64,000 nucleotides of DNA, taken from assembly GCA_963751455.1 (NCBI GenBank), contig CAVVUN010000006.1, positions 128,001-192,000 on the forward strand. Direction: 5' to 3'. How positions within the stretch are numbered: position 1 is the stretch's first letter; every line of letters begins with the position of its first letter. The DNA comes from Nitrospirota bacterium. Lineage in GTDB: Bacteria; Nitrospirota; UBA9217. Positions 31,519 to 41,709 of the stretch are shown here, piece by piece. The notes beneath the pieces are model-generated. The model was not told the origin of the DNA. It did not search any database and saw only the letters and a list, made by a program, of their open reading frames with translations. A program made the position numbers and the translations under genes.

Positions 31519-31920
31519 TCATTTAATGAACTGCCTTGGATTATCGGTTGAGGCAATGTTAATCCGATACTTCAAGCCCTCAAGCTCTTCAAGGTGCGCG
31601 TTCACAATCATTTTTTTTGCAGCAGGGAACAGGTCCAATTTCTTCTTGATAAGAATCCGCATATCATGAATAAGATTCTCCTCATCATCAATACCCGGAT
31701 TCAGACGCTTATATTCTTCTACAAAGCGTCGAAGGGCTTCATCGCGCTGATGCTCCGGCAAAATTGCAATATTCCAGGCTGTGCAGGCGCCGTTGAGATA
31801 GCTTTGGCAATCCTCAGTCGTATCGCCCATAGAGATATAATCAGACGCCATTTGTGTTAACATCTGGGATATTGTTAAGGCAGGGGGAATACGATGAGTC
31901 TTTTTTTTAATCTTCTTCAT
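31519..31920 (-). CDS. Hypothetical protein
   Basis: AC.AWNIA..P...R and LI..K..LFP pattern. Confidence 0.65.
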   Translation of the reverse strand: MKKIKKKTHRIPPALTISQMLTQMASDYISMGDTTEDCQSYLNGACTAWNIAILPEHQRDEALRRFVEEYKRLNPGIDDEENLIHDMRILIKKKLDLFPAAKKMIVNAHLEELEGLKYRINIASTDNPRQFIK

Positions 31921-31929
31921 CCGCGATCC

Positions 31930-32577
31930 TCAGTATGCCTCATACGCTTTATAGGCGATTGCGAGAAATTCTCCTAACTGGTTCGCTGACAGATACCCCG
32001 CGCCCGCATAGTTGTACAGTTCCATGTTGGCGTCGATGACCTTCGCAACGCGGTCATGGACCCGGCTCAGGTCATAAAGCCCCCAGCTTTCGCCGTTGCC
32101 CGCATTGAAAGTGATTTGATAGAAATCCTCCTCGCTTCCCGTCAGCATGCTCTTGCCGACCATGAGCCTCGGCGGGTTTCCCGCGAAGCGGGAGTTGCTC
32201 AGAATATCGAACACCACCTGCGGATCGTTTTCGCGGGACAGCAGGAGAAAATATTCGCTTTCCATCATCCAACGCTCCGGGGTGAGGCGTAGCGTTCCGC
32301 GAAAAAAGGCGCGAGCGCCGTTCAACATCATGAACATTAGGCTTCTCTCAAGCGCGTAACTCAATTCCAACTCGGTTTTCGGGACGTCCGGTGAATAGTT
32401 ATATCCGCTCTTTTCAAGGCGCTTGCGGATAGCAGGCCAAAATTCGTTCAAGAGCAACTCGTCAAGATGCTTTCGTTCATCCGGATTTTGCAGAATAACA
32501 ATGCCTTTGCCGTCATCGTCGGCCTTTTCCGCTTCCGCGAGCACCCAGCTTCTTTTACTCTTTCTCATGCGGGTCAT
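31930..32577 (-). CDS. Hypothetical protein
   Basis: Long ORF overlapping the mazF stop (ATGA). Confidence 0.6.
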   Translation of the reverse strand: MTRMRKSKRSWVLAEAEKADDDGKGIVILQNPDERKHLDELLLNEFWPAIRKRLEKSGYNYSPDVPKTELELSYALERSLMFMMLNGARAFFRGTLRLTPERWMMESEYFLLLSRENDPQVVFDILSNSRFAGNPPRLMVGKSMLTGSEEDFYQITFNAGNGESWGLYDLSRVHDRVAKVIDANMELYNYAGAGYLSANQLGEFLAIAYKAYEAY

Positions 32578-32933
32578 TTCGCCGCCCCCCTGTCCTGCAC
32601 CCATTCGGATATCTTTTGCTTTATCCGCGTCAATCGCTGCTCCTCGACTTGCCCCAATTTCCCTAGAAGGATTTCCTCGTTCACGACCGCGAGTCTGCTG
32701 ATTCTCAAGATGCTCGGCATTTTCAGGCCCGATGACTCGAAATCCGCGTCATCACGAGTAATGGGCTCGTCAAAACCTGCAATTCCCTGTTCAAGCTGGG
32801 AAGATACCATGCATATAAGCCAGTCGTCGTATTGACCGGGAAGCCTTCTCAGTACAAGGGCAGGGCGTAATTTCCCCACTGCCTGATCGGTCTGAGGAAA
32901 ACGAAAAAGAACTATCTGGCCCTCGACAATCAT
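32574..32933 (-). CDS. mazF: PemK/MazF family toxin
   Basis: G.IVL..FP.TD...GK.RPALV; SGLK..S..R. Confidence 0.88.
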   Translation of the reverse strand: MIVEGQIVLFRFPQTDQAVGKLRPALVLRRLPGQYDDWLICMVSSQLEQGIAGFDEPITRDDADFESSGLKMPSILRISRLAVVNEEILLGKLGQVEEQRLTRIKQKISEWVQDRGAAK

Positions 32934-33133
32934 GAAAAGGACTCCTTTAGATCAGAAAGAGAGTACGGCGCTGGTTCCTCTGCAATACCGCGCATTGCGA
33001 ATGACAGCGATAAGGTTGACCACTCCTGCTCTTCCGTCTTCGACCTCAGATATTCTACGAAATCCAGAACCGCGGCTTTTTTCGTTTCCGGCAATTCATG
33101 AACAGAACGTATGATTCTCTCTTCCAGTGTCAT
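32930..33133 (-). CDS. DUF2281-type antitoxin
   Basis: LPE.....VLDFVEYL..K; overlaps the toxin start. Confidence 0.75.
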   Translation of the reverse strand: MTLEERIIRSVHELPETKKAAVLDFVEYLRSKTEEQEWSTLSLSFAMRGIAEEPAPYSLSDLKESFS

Positions 33134-33279
33134 ATCGCAATTCCTCCTCATCTGCCACCTAATTCCATCGTCCGTCGTTCCGCTTTCTCTATTTCTCGAA
33201 TCGGATACCCGGTTATCGTCCGTATGCTTCCCGAATGATCAATAAACGCTAAATGATCGCTTTGATTTGACCATGAAGC

Positions 33280-33740
33280 TTACCTCATCTGCCCCGTACT
33301 CCTCTTTCTTTTCCTCGAGCCCTTTCCATCTATTTTTTCCCTGAATAAGCCGTAATGTCGCTTGATCCGCGCGATATAGTTAGGATCGCGCAGGAACAGC
33401 TCACGCGCCAATTCGAGAATGGCCGGCGCCTTAGCCGTGTGCGGACTGCCCATGTTCAGAATAGGCCCTTTTAGTTCCGCTACGGTATGCGGATCGGCAT
33501 TGCTGAGCCATTTGGCTCCTCCCAACCCCAGGCAATTACCGTTTCCACATCTTTTCGGACGGAGGATACGACATACCAGAATACCCTCCGGCAATCGCAT
33601 CCTTGCTCGTTGCAGAACATTTCATGATAATAATAATTGCCCGGCGGCAATCCGGCATCCGCATGATCCATCACGGTTATGCAGAGCGTTTCCCGTTCGG
33701 CAAGGTCCGGGAACAGGTCGTGAAACATCTGAAAAGGCAT
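33280..33740 (-). CDS. Hypothetical Cys-motif protein (frameshifted)
   Basis: FPDLAE.ET..; EMFC....CDCRRV; YI.R.KRHY..FR across two frames. Confidence 0.6.
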
Positions 33741-33784
33741 GGGGCTAAATTTCCTTTCGATGCATTTTCCTCGCGAGCTTACAG

Positions 33785-34198
33785 TCACAAATACACGGCG
33801 CCGATCTCGAAGGCTTGCTCGGGAGTGCCGAACCATTCGCCGTTCGGAAAACAGCACGGTTCGTAGCGCATGTTGCTGTAGGTGAAAAACGCGACGCTCC
33901 ACCGATCAATGCTGAAATGCCGCAGCCGGACAAGGTGCGTCGGCGTGTTTAGCAGCCGTTCAATGAACTCCTTGCGGGTCTCGCCGAAGCTTGCAGGGAG
34001 ACGCCTCGGGACGTTCTCCGGCTCCTTGTACGCGTCGATATAGCACATTGCGCCTCTAAATCTGACGTCGATGCGAATGAACTTGCCCGCATAATGCTTA
34101 TGTGCATGGGTGACGATGCGTGTCCGCACCGCGTTCTGTGTGGCGGGCGAGACCTTGACCCCGCCTGCATGGGGAACCTGCATCCACATTTTTCTCAT
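33785..34198 (-). CDS. Hypothetical protein
   Basis: RFRG..CYIDAY; THL.RLR.F...WS.AF.TYS...YEP. Confidence 0.7.
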   Translation of the reverse strand: MRKMWMQVPHAGGVKVSPATQNAVRTRIVTHAHKHYAGKFIRIDVRFRGAMCYIDAYKEPENVPRRLPASFGETRKEFIERLLNTPTHLVRLRHFSIDRWSVAFFTYSNMRYEPCCFPNGEWFGTPEQAFEIGAVYL

Positions 34199-34325
34199 CG
34201 AATTCCCTCAGTTTTTTCAGGACGATTTATTACCCTTGATCTCAATAGTGTAATATCGCCATCCTTATTACACTATTGCCTTATGCTTCATTCCGAAATT
34301 TATCGGCAAAAAGAATTCCAGCAAC

Positions 34326-34832
34326 TCACAATCTCAAATCCGTGGGATAATGGACCGCAATCTCCGTTACCCCATGAAATGCCTTATCACTCGACACGAG
34401 CACATCGGCCTTGAGCCTCAGCGCCACCGCCAGCACTACCGCGTCATTCGTGAGAAAAACGTACTTCTCCTGCATCTTGAACGCGGTCTTCGTGAGGTCT
34501 TCCAACGTGCAGGCCGCGAACCCAAGCCCAAGGTCCACAAGCGCGTTCATTTTGGCCCGGTAGAGACTCAGGCCTTTGATGACCTCTGGTTTTGAGTCCA
34601 GACGCAGAGCTGGTTTTCCCTCCGCAATGAGTCCTTTCATCATTGCCTCTGCGAGCATGAGCTTGTGCGTCAACTCCTGCCAGACCGTCTGCGGCAGAAT
34701 ACCGGAAAGCTCGCCTTGGGCGCAGCGCCGGATAAATCTCTGGGCCTGGACTGAAGAGCCTTGCTCCGCATAGAGCAGCACATTCGTATCGATCACGCAA
34801 AGGCTGCCGCTCGGGATGTCGTCAAGATTCAT
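34326..34832 (-). CDS. vapC: PIN domain toxin
   Basis: IDTN.L.Y; E..HKLM.AEA; LTNDA; S.D.AF. Confidence 0.85.
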   Translation of the reverse strand: MNLDDIPSGSLCVIDTNVLLYAEQGSSVQAQRFIRRCAQGELSGILPQTVWQELTHKLMLAEAMMKGLIAEGKPALRLDSKPEVIKGLSLYRAKMNALVDLGLGFAACTLEDLTKTAFKMQEKYVFLTNDAVVLAVALRLKADVLVSSDKAFHGVTEIAVHYPTDLRL

Positions 34833-35071
34833 AGATCCCACGCATCCTCCTCCAGAACCGCCTTGAACTGCGCAGAGGTCAGCTTCATCGGGCGATCGCA
34901 AAAGAGTTGATACGCCGCGTCACGCTTTGCAGGCTCGACAGCTCGTGTTGACAAGTAGTTTTCAATGGCGTCCTGGATCAGATCGCTTAAGGGACGGCCT
35001 TCATCAACCGCCCTGCGCTTGGCTTTGCGCAAAACATCTTCCTCAAGTAGCGTCCCGACTTTTCGTTTCAT
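34829..35071 (-). CDS. RHH-like antitoxin
   Basis: K.GT.L.E...R.AK.RA..EGR.LSD.IQ.A; overlaps vapC. Confidence 0.75.
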   Translation of the reverse strand: MKRKVGTLLEEDVLRKAKRRAVDEGRPLSDLIQDAIENYLSTRAVEPAKRDAAYQLFCDRPMKLTSAQFKAVLEEDAWDL

Positions 35072-35301
35072 GATTTGCCTCCACTCACAGTTGCTTGGGC
35101 AAGAACGGTCCCCGGACCAGCCCCCTCTTTGAATCTTCGACTGAGTCCTTTGAGAACCTTATGAAGGTCCTCGGAAAGATACGTCAGCTCGAAGAAACGT
35201 TGAGCGCTGCGCTCAAGACTGTCAGCAGGTCCTGAACGAAGACGTTCAAGGTCGATGACACCAGCAAGAGATTCGGTTGATTGGTAGCGGCGCTCTATCA
35301 T
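35068..35301 (-). pseudogene. DUF499-type ATPase, N-terminal fragment
   Basis: GVIDL..L.....LE.....FF.LTY.S.DL...L..L..R; ends at a Walker A-like GGKS. Confidence 0.55.
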
Positions 35302-35531
35302 GCAGGAAGAATAACACAGAATTCTTGACGTGTCAAGAAATTAATACAAAAGACGCTTTTATAGCCATAGTGCAAAACTAAAAAAAGGCTTGGATTTGTA
35401 TCCCATAGCCTTGCTTTCTTACAGCTTGAATAATGTTTTCGAACGGAATAACTTATCAATACCTTGGAATAGTGATCCTGGAAGTGCTTTCCCGCATGTA
35501 AAACAGTACCTATTACCCTAAAAAAAGCATT

Positions 35532-35676
35532 TGGGACGCAGAAAAATCGGATAAACGCAGATAAGGTCGGATAAAAAAACGTTCTTGTATCGTAAAAGCA
35601 GTCACCCTGCGGGTGAATTTTTTCTCTAAAAATTCTTTTGTTTGATCTGCGGTTATCTGCGTTCATCTGCGCCCAA
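35532..35676. repeat. GCAGAT/ATCTGC-type palindromic repeat
   Basis: TTGGGACGCAGA..CGCAGATAA ... ATCTGCGGTTATCTGCGTTCATCTGCGCCCAA. Confidence 0.55.
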
Positions 35677-36382
35677 CTGCCGTTTTCAGGATTACAGAAT
35701 GAAGCTTTGCAATATAACCCGGTCTGCCGGCGATCGTGAGTTTCAGGAAGAAGTCAAGGTACGACTTCTACAGCTTCAATTATGGGAATGCGTTCAGGCG
35801 CTTTTGGAATCGAGCAGGATAGTCGACCGGAATAATGGCAACAGGCCTAAGGTTATCGGGCAGACCAAGAATTTCGCTCATCATTTCCTCTTTGAAGGTA
35901 CAAGCCGCCATGATTTCCAGGAATAAGCCTCCCAGTCTGATCGAACTCTCCATGCATCAACGCTTCTTCATCATACCCGGTCAGGTCAAGTCTCGGACTG
36001 ACTCTTGTGCGAAACATGTAGCCGTGCTCTGCGGTGTTGGAAGTCAGCATGGCAAATCGAATCTAAGTACCCGGTGGTTCCTCAGGATCCCGCTTTAGGC
36101 AATCTCGATCTCTAAGCGTCCGTGAGTGCGATCAGGGGATTTTGCACCTGGTCCCATCGTTCCCGGAAAAACATTCCCGACAAGGCAGGCCGTATATTCA
36201 GGAAGGCCATGGCAATGGAGGCCATGCTGTAATACTGGGTTTCCCTGAGTTCCGACTTGTACCGAGGACACTGTGAAGCGTCGATTGGATCGGATGAGTA
36301 AACTATCGCATTGTAAGTTCGGTAAAATGGAGTTGACAGGGGGACTATAGGACGTCCCCCAAGGTCCTTCCCCGGCAGCCCT

Positions 36383-37105
36383 TTAAATCTCGGGCTCCCA
36401 GCTGAGGTCGCCCGCCATTTCCCACTGAACAAAATTTCTGATCACCTGTCTCGCGTCTTCAGGCATATCATTAAAACGGAGGCCCATGCCCGGTTCGAAT
36501 TCAATCCTGCCTTCGAGGCGGGCGGTCCTGACCACAACTGCTTCCAGTTTTATCGTTGTTACGTCATGGGGCAAACTGTACCTGATATGCAGGATTGTGC
36601 CTTCGGGGAGCGGAATCGGGGTCCGAAGATACATTCCTCCCTCAGAAAGATTTATGCAGGTAAGTTCATCTTCAGGAGCGCCTTCCTCGATCGTTACCCT
36701 GAACTTGACGGAAATTCTTGGATCGTTTCTCGGTTCCTTGCAAAGACGGCCGAGAACACGGAAAGCGAGCGCAACGTCAACCGGTTTTGCAATGATCGCA
36801 GCGCACCCCGAGGAGATTAATCTTTCTTTTTTTTCCGTATTTTCCTCGGCAGTGAAAAGTACGAGGGGGAAATCCTTCACTGCCGGATCACGTCTGAGCA
36901 GAGAAATCGATTTCTGAAGAGCCTGCCCGGGCAGGTCGCCGTCAAGGATTATCAGCTCGAACCTGTTTTCCCCGGCAAGAACGACAGCCTCTTCCGCCGT
37001 TTTTGCCAGTATCGGTTTGTACCAAAGCCGCTTCATCAGAATACTTAGATCCATCTGGCCGTAAGCGGTGTGACAGACTATCAAAACAGTTTTTCCCGTA
37101 AACAT
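36383..37105 (-). CDS. Pseudo-receiver plus PilZ domain protein (c-di-GMP effector)
   Basis: REC-like N-terminus (IILD, KP) lacking the acidic pocket; PilZ R..PR and NLSEGG motifs. Confidence 0.85.
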   Translation of the reverse strand: MFTGKTVLIVCHTAYGQMDLSILMKRLWYKPILAKTAEEAVVLAGENRFELIILDGDLPGQALQKSISLLRRDPAVKDFPLVLFTAEENTEKKERLISSGCAAIIAKPVDVALAFRVLGRLCKEPRNDPRISVKFRVTIEEGAPEDELTCINLSEGGMYLRTPIPLPEGTILHIRYSLPHDVTTIKLEAVVVRTARLEGRIEFEPGMGLRFNDMPEDARQVIRNFVQWEMAGDLSWEPEI

Positions 37106-37130
37106 TCAGGCTTCTGTCCTTTCCTGTTTT

Positions 37131-40100
37131 CTATGCCTCATAGCCAAGCTGCCGTATAAAGAGCGCTGCTATACTCGGGTCAAAATCCACTTCGCTCTTA
37201 TCTCTTAAATACTGCATTACGTTCTCTTTACTCCATGCGGGACGGTATGGCCGGTCGGAGCTTAATGCGTCCCAGACATCTACAACCGAAAAGATACGCG
37301 CTGCAAGCGGTATTTTTTCTCCTTTAAGTCCTTCAGGATACCCGGTCCCGTCCCATTTTTCATGATGACGTAAGGGTATATCGAGCGCAGGCCGTAAAAA
37401 AGCGATCGGCGAGAGAAGATCGTGCGCAAAAACAGGGTGCTTTCGCATTATGATCCATTCCTCTTCCGAGAGCTTCCCCGGCTTCAGAAGAATATGGTCG
37501 GGAATTCCCATTTTCCCGATGTCATGCAGGAGCGATCCTCTCCGGATGTGGACAAGCATATCCTCTCTTGTACCCATCTCACGGGCGATCTTTACGGTCA
37601 TGTCCGTGACCCTCCGGGAATGCCCTTCCGTTTCCTTGTCGCGCAGATCGAGCGCCCGGGACCAACCTTCGATGGTTGCATCGTATGCAAGGGCGAGTTC
37701 GTCATTGGCATGCTGTAAATCGCCGAAGAGCGAAGCCATATCTATCGCAATCGCCGCCTGCTGTGCCAATGCTTCGAAAAATTCGAGCCACGGCTTATCA
37801 GGCGTCAGGGGTCTCCGGTTTAAGACTTCGAGAACACCCTTCACCTGCCCTTTGATGACGAGCGGTGCAACATGATGGGAAACAAACCTTTCTCCCGTGA
37901 GCTGGCTCACATGGGCGCACATGGTGTGACCGGGAACGGCCTCTGGTACGCTGACCACGGTCCGTTCAAGCGCTGCGCGTCCAGCGCATCCCTCGCCCAG
38001 TTTTATTCTTGACTGTTCGATGTCCCGGGTCCGGAACCCGTGACCTGCGGCGTACGTCAGAGTGCGTGAATGAGGATTGAGCAGAAGTACAGCTGCCGCG
38101 TCGGCCTGAAGTTCCTTTGAAACGTGGGCAAGCAGCACGTTCAGCGTTACTCGCATATCCAGGCTGGAGCTGATCGCAATATCGATCTCATGCAGGGCCT
38201 GCAGGTGGTGCATCTGCTGCAAAGCCTGCTCGTGAAGGGTCAAACGGCGTACTGCAATGGCCGCAATTTCTCCGATCGCCGTTAGCAGCCTCACCCCCTC
38301 TTGCTTGATCGTCTTCCTGCATCCGATCATGATCGCGCCTATCGTCCTTTCTTCAGCAATCAGCGGAACGCATGCAACGGAGTTCAGTTTGTTGATCGCT
38401 TCCGGCCGGACTATCCGGGAGTCGTTCAAAAAATCGTCGCTCGAATAGGCTTTGCCGCCGGTGATAACGTGTCCCAGTACGCCTTCACCCGGCGGCAACC
38501 GGCGTCCCGTCCATTCGCTCAACTCGCCCCAACCCAACTCGACGAGGGTTTCTCCGGTAGCCGGTTCGAGAATGCCTATTGCGGCAGCCTCAATATCCAG
38601 AGACTCTACCGTATGAACCAGGATCAAGGGAAACTGATCCGCACGCGTGGAAGCCGACCGCAAGGCAATGCTTAACCGCGAAATCGATTCCAGTTCGCGC
38701 TCGCGCTGTTTCCGGTTCGTGATGTTATCGAATACCGCGATAAAACGCTGCTTTTCAGTGCTGTACGCGGAGACGGACAACCATGTTTCGAGGGGATCCA
38801 GGTATATTTCAAACTTTTCCCCCTTGCCGGTCAACGACACCCTGCCGTAAATTTCAAACAATTGCGGATAGGCCTCGCGTATACCCGGTATCACTTCGGT
38901 CACTTTTTTCCCGATCACGTTCGTCAGCCCGGTCAATCCTTCGAAGGCGGCGTTGACCTCGATATAGACGAAGTCCTTCGGCCGGCCGTCTTCAAAAAGC
39001 ATCTGACAATAAGCAAATCCCTCGAGCATGTTATCGAAGAGCGAGTGATAGCGATTTTCGCTCGCGCGCAATGTTTTTTCGCTCTGAATTCGGGTGGCAA
39101 TTTCGGACTCGAGTTCTTCCTTCGCGACAACAGCCTGCTCGGTGAATCGCTTGGTTTCACTCGTCCGCTTCATGATCGAAAGAATGTAGGCCGTCAATAG
39201 ACCTGTGATAACAAGCCCGCCTCCCAGCACGTCCCACGAATGACCGTACCGTCGACCGGCCAGGTACCCGGGTGCGGGAGTGGCAAGAAAAGTCCATTTT
39301 CTGCCTGCTATTTCGATTGTTTTGTCGTAATGCACCCCTTTCCGAAGGAAAGCTCTTTCATCGCCCGCATTGTCTGAAAGGGGAGTTCGAATCGACGGAG
39401 GATATGCATACAACAGGCGACTGTCTTGCTGCGAGGTCTCATCGTAGAGACGGATTGCGATATTTTGCCGGTCGAGATAAGACAAATATTTCTCTATCAG
39501 GCCGTTAATCGAGAAAACGCCCGCCACGTAGCCGCTCAAACGTTCACGACGGGCTTCCAGCGAATCAGGAACGGCTCCTTCCCCGTAGAGTGGGTGAAAA
39601 ACAGTAAACAAGAAACCCGCGTCAACCTTCTGAACCAGTGTCGATCCGGAAATGACAACCATCGTCCCGTTATCGCTGGATTTTTGCAGCGCATCTCGAC
39701 GAGTCGGATCAGAGGCGATATCGAAACCGAACGCTGCCTTGTTATCTGAATAGGGCTCGACGAAATAAGCGGGAAAGTATTCGCGGCGCTTTCCTGCCCG
39801 CGTCATGCCCCCCTGTGCCTTGAGTTCCGTGAGCTCAAACCCGGGCAGCCCCTCCTGCCTTGCTGCCGACTCATATCCGGCTCTCCGGGAATACGGCACG
39901 CGGGGAACCCACGCTAAAGCCTGTACCGCGGGATTATGCCGCATAAATGGCTGAACAAAGGCGTGAAACTCCTTCCGGGTGATCATGTCGGCATGGACAT
40001 AAAAAGCAGCGAGGGCTTCCATCTGTTGGAGGCTTTCCTCGATGCCTATCCGCAATGCTTCAATCAGTTCATCCGACTTGCTGTTGAATTCCAACTGGAG

Positions 40101-40271
40101 GCGGTCTCGGCGGTCATTACGGGAGAGAATAAACAGCGCAACGGATATCGCCACTCCCAAACAAACAACCAGCACTAACAGGACGTATTGATGTCTAAAG
40201 AGTTTATTGAATATGCCGGGAGTTTTGCCGGTCAAGCCGGTTTTACTATTTTGGCTCTTTCTGAAGTCCAT
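37131..40271 (-). CDS. CHASE-PAS-GAF-GAF-HD-GYP cyclic-dinucleotide phosphodiesterase
   Basis: CHASE (W.PRV, EP...N..A.GFD); D.ET.GHS.RV, LHDIGK, HHEKWDGTGYP, VDVWDAL.SDRPYR. Confidence 0.93.
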   Translation of the reverse strand: MDFRKSQNSKTGLTGKTPGIFNKLFRHQYVLLVLVVCLGVAISVALFILSRNDRRDRLQLEFNSKSDELIEALRIGIEESLQQMEALAAFYVHADMITRKEFHAFVQPFMRHNPAVQALAWVPRVPYSRRAGYESAARQEGLPGFELTELKAQGGMTRAGKRREYFPAYFVEPYSDNKAAFGFDIASDPTRRDALQKSSDNGTMVVISGSTLVQKVDAGFLFTVFHPLYGEGAVPDSLEARRERLSGYVAGVFSINGLIEKYLSYLDRQNIAIRLYDETSQQDSRLLYAYPPSIRTPLSDNAGDERAFLRKGVHYDKTIEIAGRKWTFLATPAPGYLAGRRYGHSWDVLGGGLVITGLLTAYILSIMKRTSETKRFTEQAVVAKEELESEIATRIQSEKTLRASENRYHSLFDNMLEGFAYCQMLFEDGRPKDFVYIEVNAAFEGLTGLTNVIGKKVTEVIPGIREAYPQLFEIYGRVSLTGKGEKFEIYLDPLETWLSVSAYSTEKQRFIAVFDNITNRKQRERELESISRLSIALRSASTRADQFPLILVHTVESLDIEAAAIGILEPATGETLVELGWGELSEWTGRRLPPGEGVLGHVITGGKAYSSDDFLNDSRIVRPEAINKLNSVACVPLIAEERTIGAIMIGCRKTIKQEGVRLLTAIGEIAAIAVRRLTLHEQALQQMHHLQALHEIDIAISSSLDMRVTLNVLLAHVSKELQADAAAVLLLNPHSRTLTYAAGHGFRTRDIEQSRIKLGEGCAGRAALERTVVSVPEAVPGHTMCAHVSQLTGERFVSHHVAPLVIKGQVKGVLEVLNRRPLTPDKPWLEFFEALAQQAAIAIDMASLFGDLQHANDELALAYDATIEGWSRALDLRDKETEGHSRRVTDMTVKIAREMGTREDMLVHIRRGSLLHDIGKMGIPDHILLKPGKLSEEEWIIMRKHPVFAHDLLSPIAFLRPALDIPLRHHEKWDGTGYPEGLKGEKIPLAARIFSVVDVWDALSSDRPYRPAWSKENVMQYLRDKSEVDFDPSIAALFIRQLGYEA

Positions 40272-40389
40272 ATTTCTTCTCCTTAATGTCATCCGTGGAA
40301 CGGCGGAACCGAAAGTGAAAGCGGCCAATTGTAGGGTCCCGGCTGAGCATTCTCGGATAGAACAAAATGCTGAATAATCGCTATTTTCT

Positions 40390-40439
40390 ATTTTAATGAT
40401 TTTCTGCAACTTTGTTTACTACCCGTTCGGGCAGGCAGT
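40390..40439 (-). promoter_or_regulatory. Regulon box 3 and -10 (TAAAAT)
   Basis: ACTACCCGTTCGGGCAG at 40418-40434; -10 at 40390-40395 (minus), 22-bp spacing. Confidence 0.7.
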
Positions 40440-40522
40440 TTTTTTGGTAATTACAAGGAATTTTGGTGAGAATGGGAATACGCGGATGGGGGTACTTTCG
40501 AAAGTATAAGCGCTGCCGGATC

Positions 40523-41350
40523 TTACAGTTGGATCAAGTTGTGTTCGAGCGCAGCCATAATGGCCTGCGACCGGTTCGCGACGTTCAGTTTCTGAAATAT
40601 GTTCTTCAAATGGAATTTGACGGTGTCCTGTGTGATCTCCAGGATGGAGGCTATCTCCCAGTTGTTCTTTCCCTCCTTGACCCAGACGAGTATCTCCTTT
40701 TCGCGGACCGTAAGGGAAACAGTTTCACTCTTGTCGTTTAACACGCGGTTCAGCTGGGGGACGACGACCTCCAGGATCGCATTCTGGCACTCGACCTCGG
40801 CGGCCTTTACCGTGATATGCAGCTGCGTGGCAATGGCTTTGAGGTCCTTGTCCTCTGCAAGCAACCCGAGGACCTCACGCTGGTTTTTATCGATCCGCTC
40901 CGGAATCTTCAGCTCCTTCTGCCGCAGACGCGCGGCGTACTCCTTGATCAGGACCCCGGCTACCCGGTTGCTGAGATAGCCCCCTCCGGCGGACACGCGG
41001 TTGATCGCGCTGATCACTTCCCGGAACGCGCAGTCCTTGAGCAGATAGCCCACTGCCCCTGCCTTGAGCATTTCGAGCACCATGCGCTTGTCCAGGTGCA
41101 TCGAGAGCGCGATCACCTTGACGGCGGGATTTGCGGCCTTGATCCGGCTGGTCGCGTCGATCCCGTTCACCCCGGGCATCGAGATGTCCATGATGACGAT
41201 GTCGGGGCGCAGTTTTCCCGAAAGCTCGATCGCCGCTTCGCCGTCCTCGGCCTCGGCTAAGACCCTCATGTGCGTCTGCTCGGCGATCAGCATTCTCAGC
41301 CCCTCGCGCAGCAGCTTATGATCGTCGGCAAGAAGTATCCGTATATCCAC
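40523..41350 (-). CDS. NarL-type response regulator with two LuxR-type HTH domains
   Basis: LADDH, MDISMP, GYLLK; degenerate HTH, then LTVREKEILVWVKEGKNNWEIASIL..TVKFHLKN..KL.V.NR.QA. Confidence 0.9.
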   Translation of the reverse strand: MDIRILLADDHKLLREGLRMLIAEQTHMRVLAEAEDGEAAIELSGKLRPDIVIMDISMPGVNGIDATSRIKAANPAVKVIALSMHLDKRMVLEMLKAGAVGYLLKDCAFREVISAINRVSAGGGYLSNRVAGVLIKEYAARLRQKELKIPERIDKNQREVLGLLAEDKDLKAIATQLHITVKAAEVECQNAILEVVVPQLNRVLNDKSETVSLTVREKEILVWVKEGKNNWEIASILEITQDTVKFHLKNIFQKLNVANRSQAIMAALEHNLIQL

Positions 41351-41403
41351 AGAGCCCCCCTCTATTCCGGGTCTTTTCCTTTAAGGAGCTTCAGGAAGTG
41401 CAA

Positions 41404-41686
41404 GATCCTTGTTTTTTTTCTGCACCGCGGTTCTCATCGCCGCGCAGACATGCCAGTTATATTTCTATTTTACTTGTCGCTACAGCCGCCCATAGCGCTA
41501 ATTGCTACGCATAGCCTGCATTCGCGCTTGGCACTCATAACCGCTGGCCACAAGCCGCGCAGGCAAGATTCGTGATTTACCGATCTTGCTGCCAGGCATG
41601 TAAAGCACGGACGCTGCTCACGCCCTACTCTCGCGCTGCGCACTCGAAGTCGTTGGGTGCAGGCGGGATGCAGGGGTGTCGGGAAA
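41404..41686 (+). repeat. Repeat family C, copy C, with two nested micro-elements
   Basis: Same ends as copies A and B; insertions at 41514-41564 and 41623-41663. Confidence 0.75.
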
Positions 41687-41709
41687 TACCAAACAAAGGC
41701 ACACGATTC

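Noticed and set aside
31145-35092. ACTGT(A/G)AG at three gene junctions (about 31150, 33780, 35085) as a recombination site
   Set aside because: The 8-mer also occurs at unrelated positions (about 7612 and 40522), roughly as expected by chance.
21313-35301. Integron cassette array or pdif modules as the explanation for the co-oriented TA genes
   Set aside because: No convincing attC (RYYYAAC...GTTRRRY with paired arms), no dif-like sites and no integrase seen.
35690-36380. Short ORFs between the TA island and the PilZ gene
   Set aside because: No recognisable motifs or clear RBS; cannot be supported as genes.
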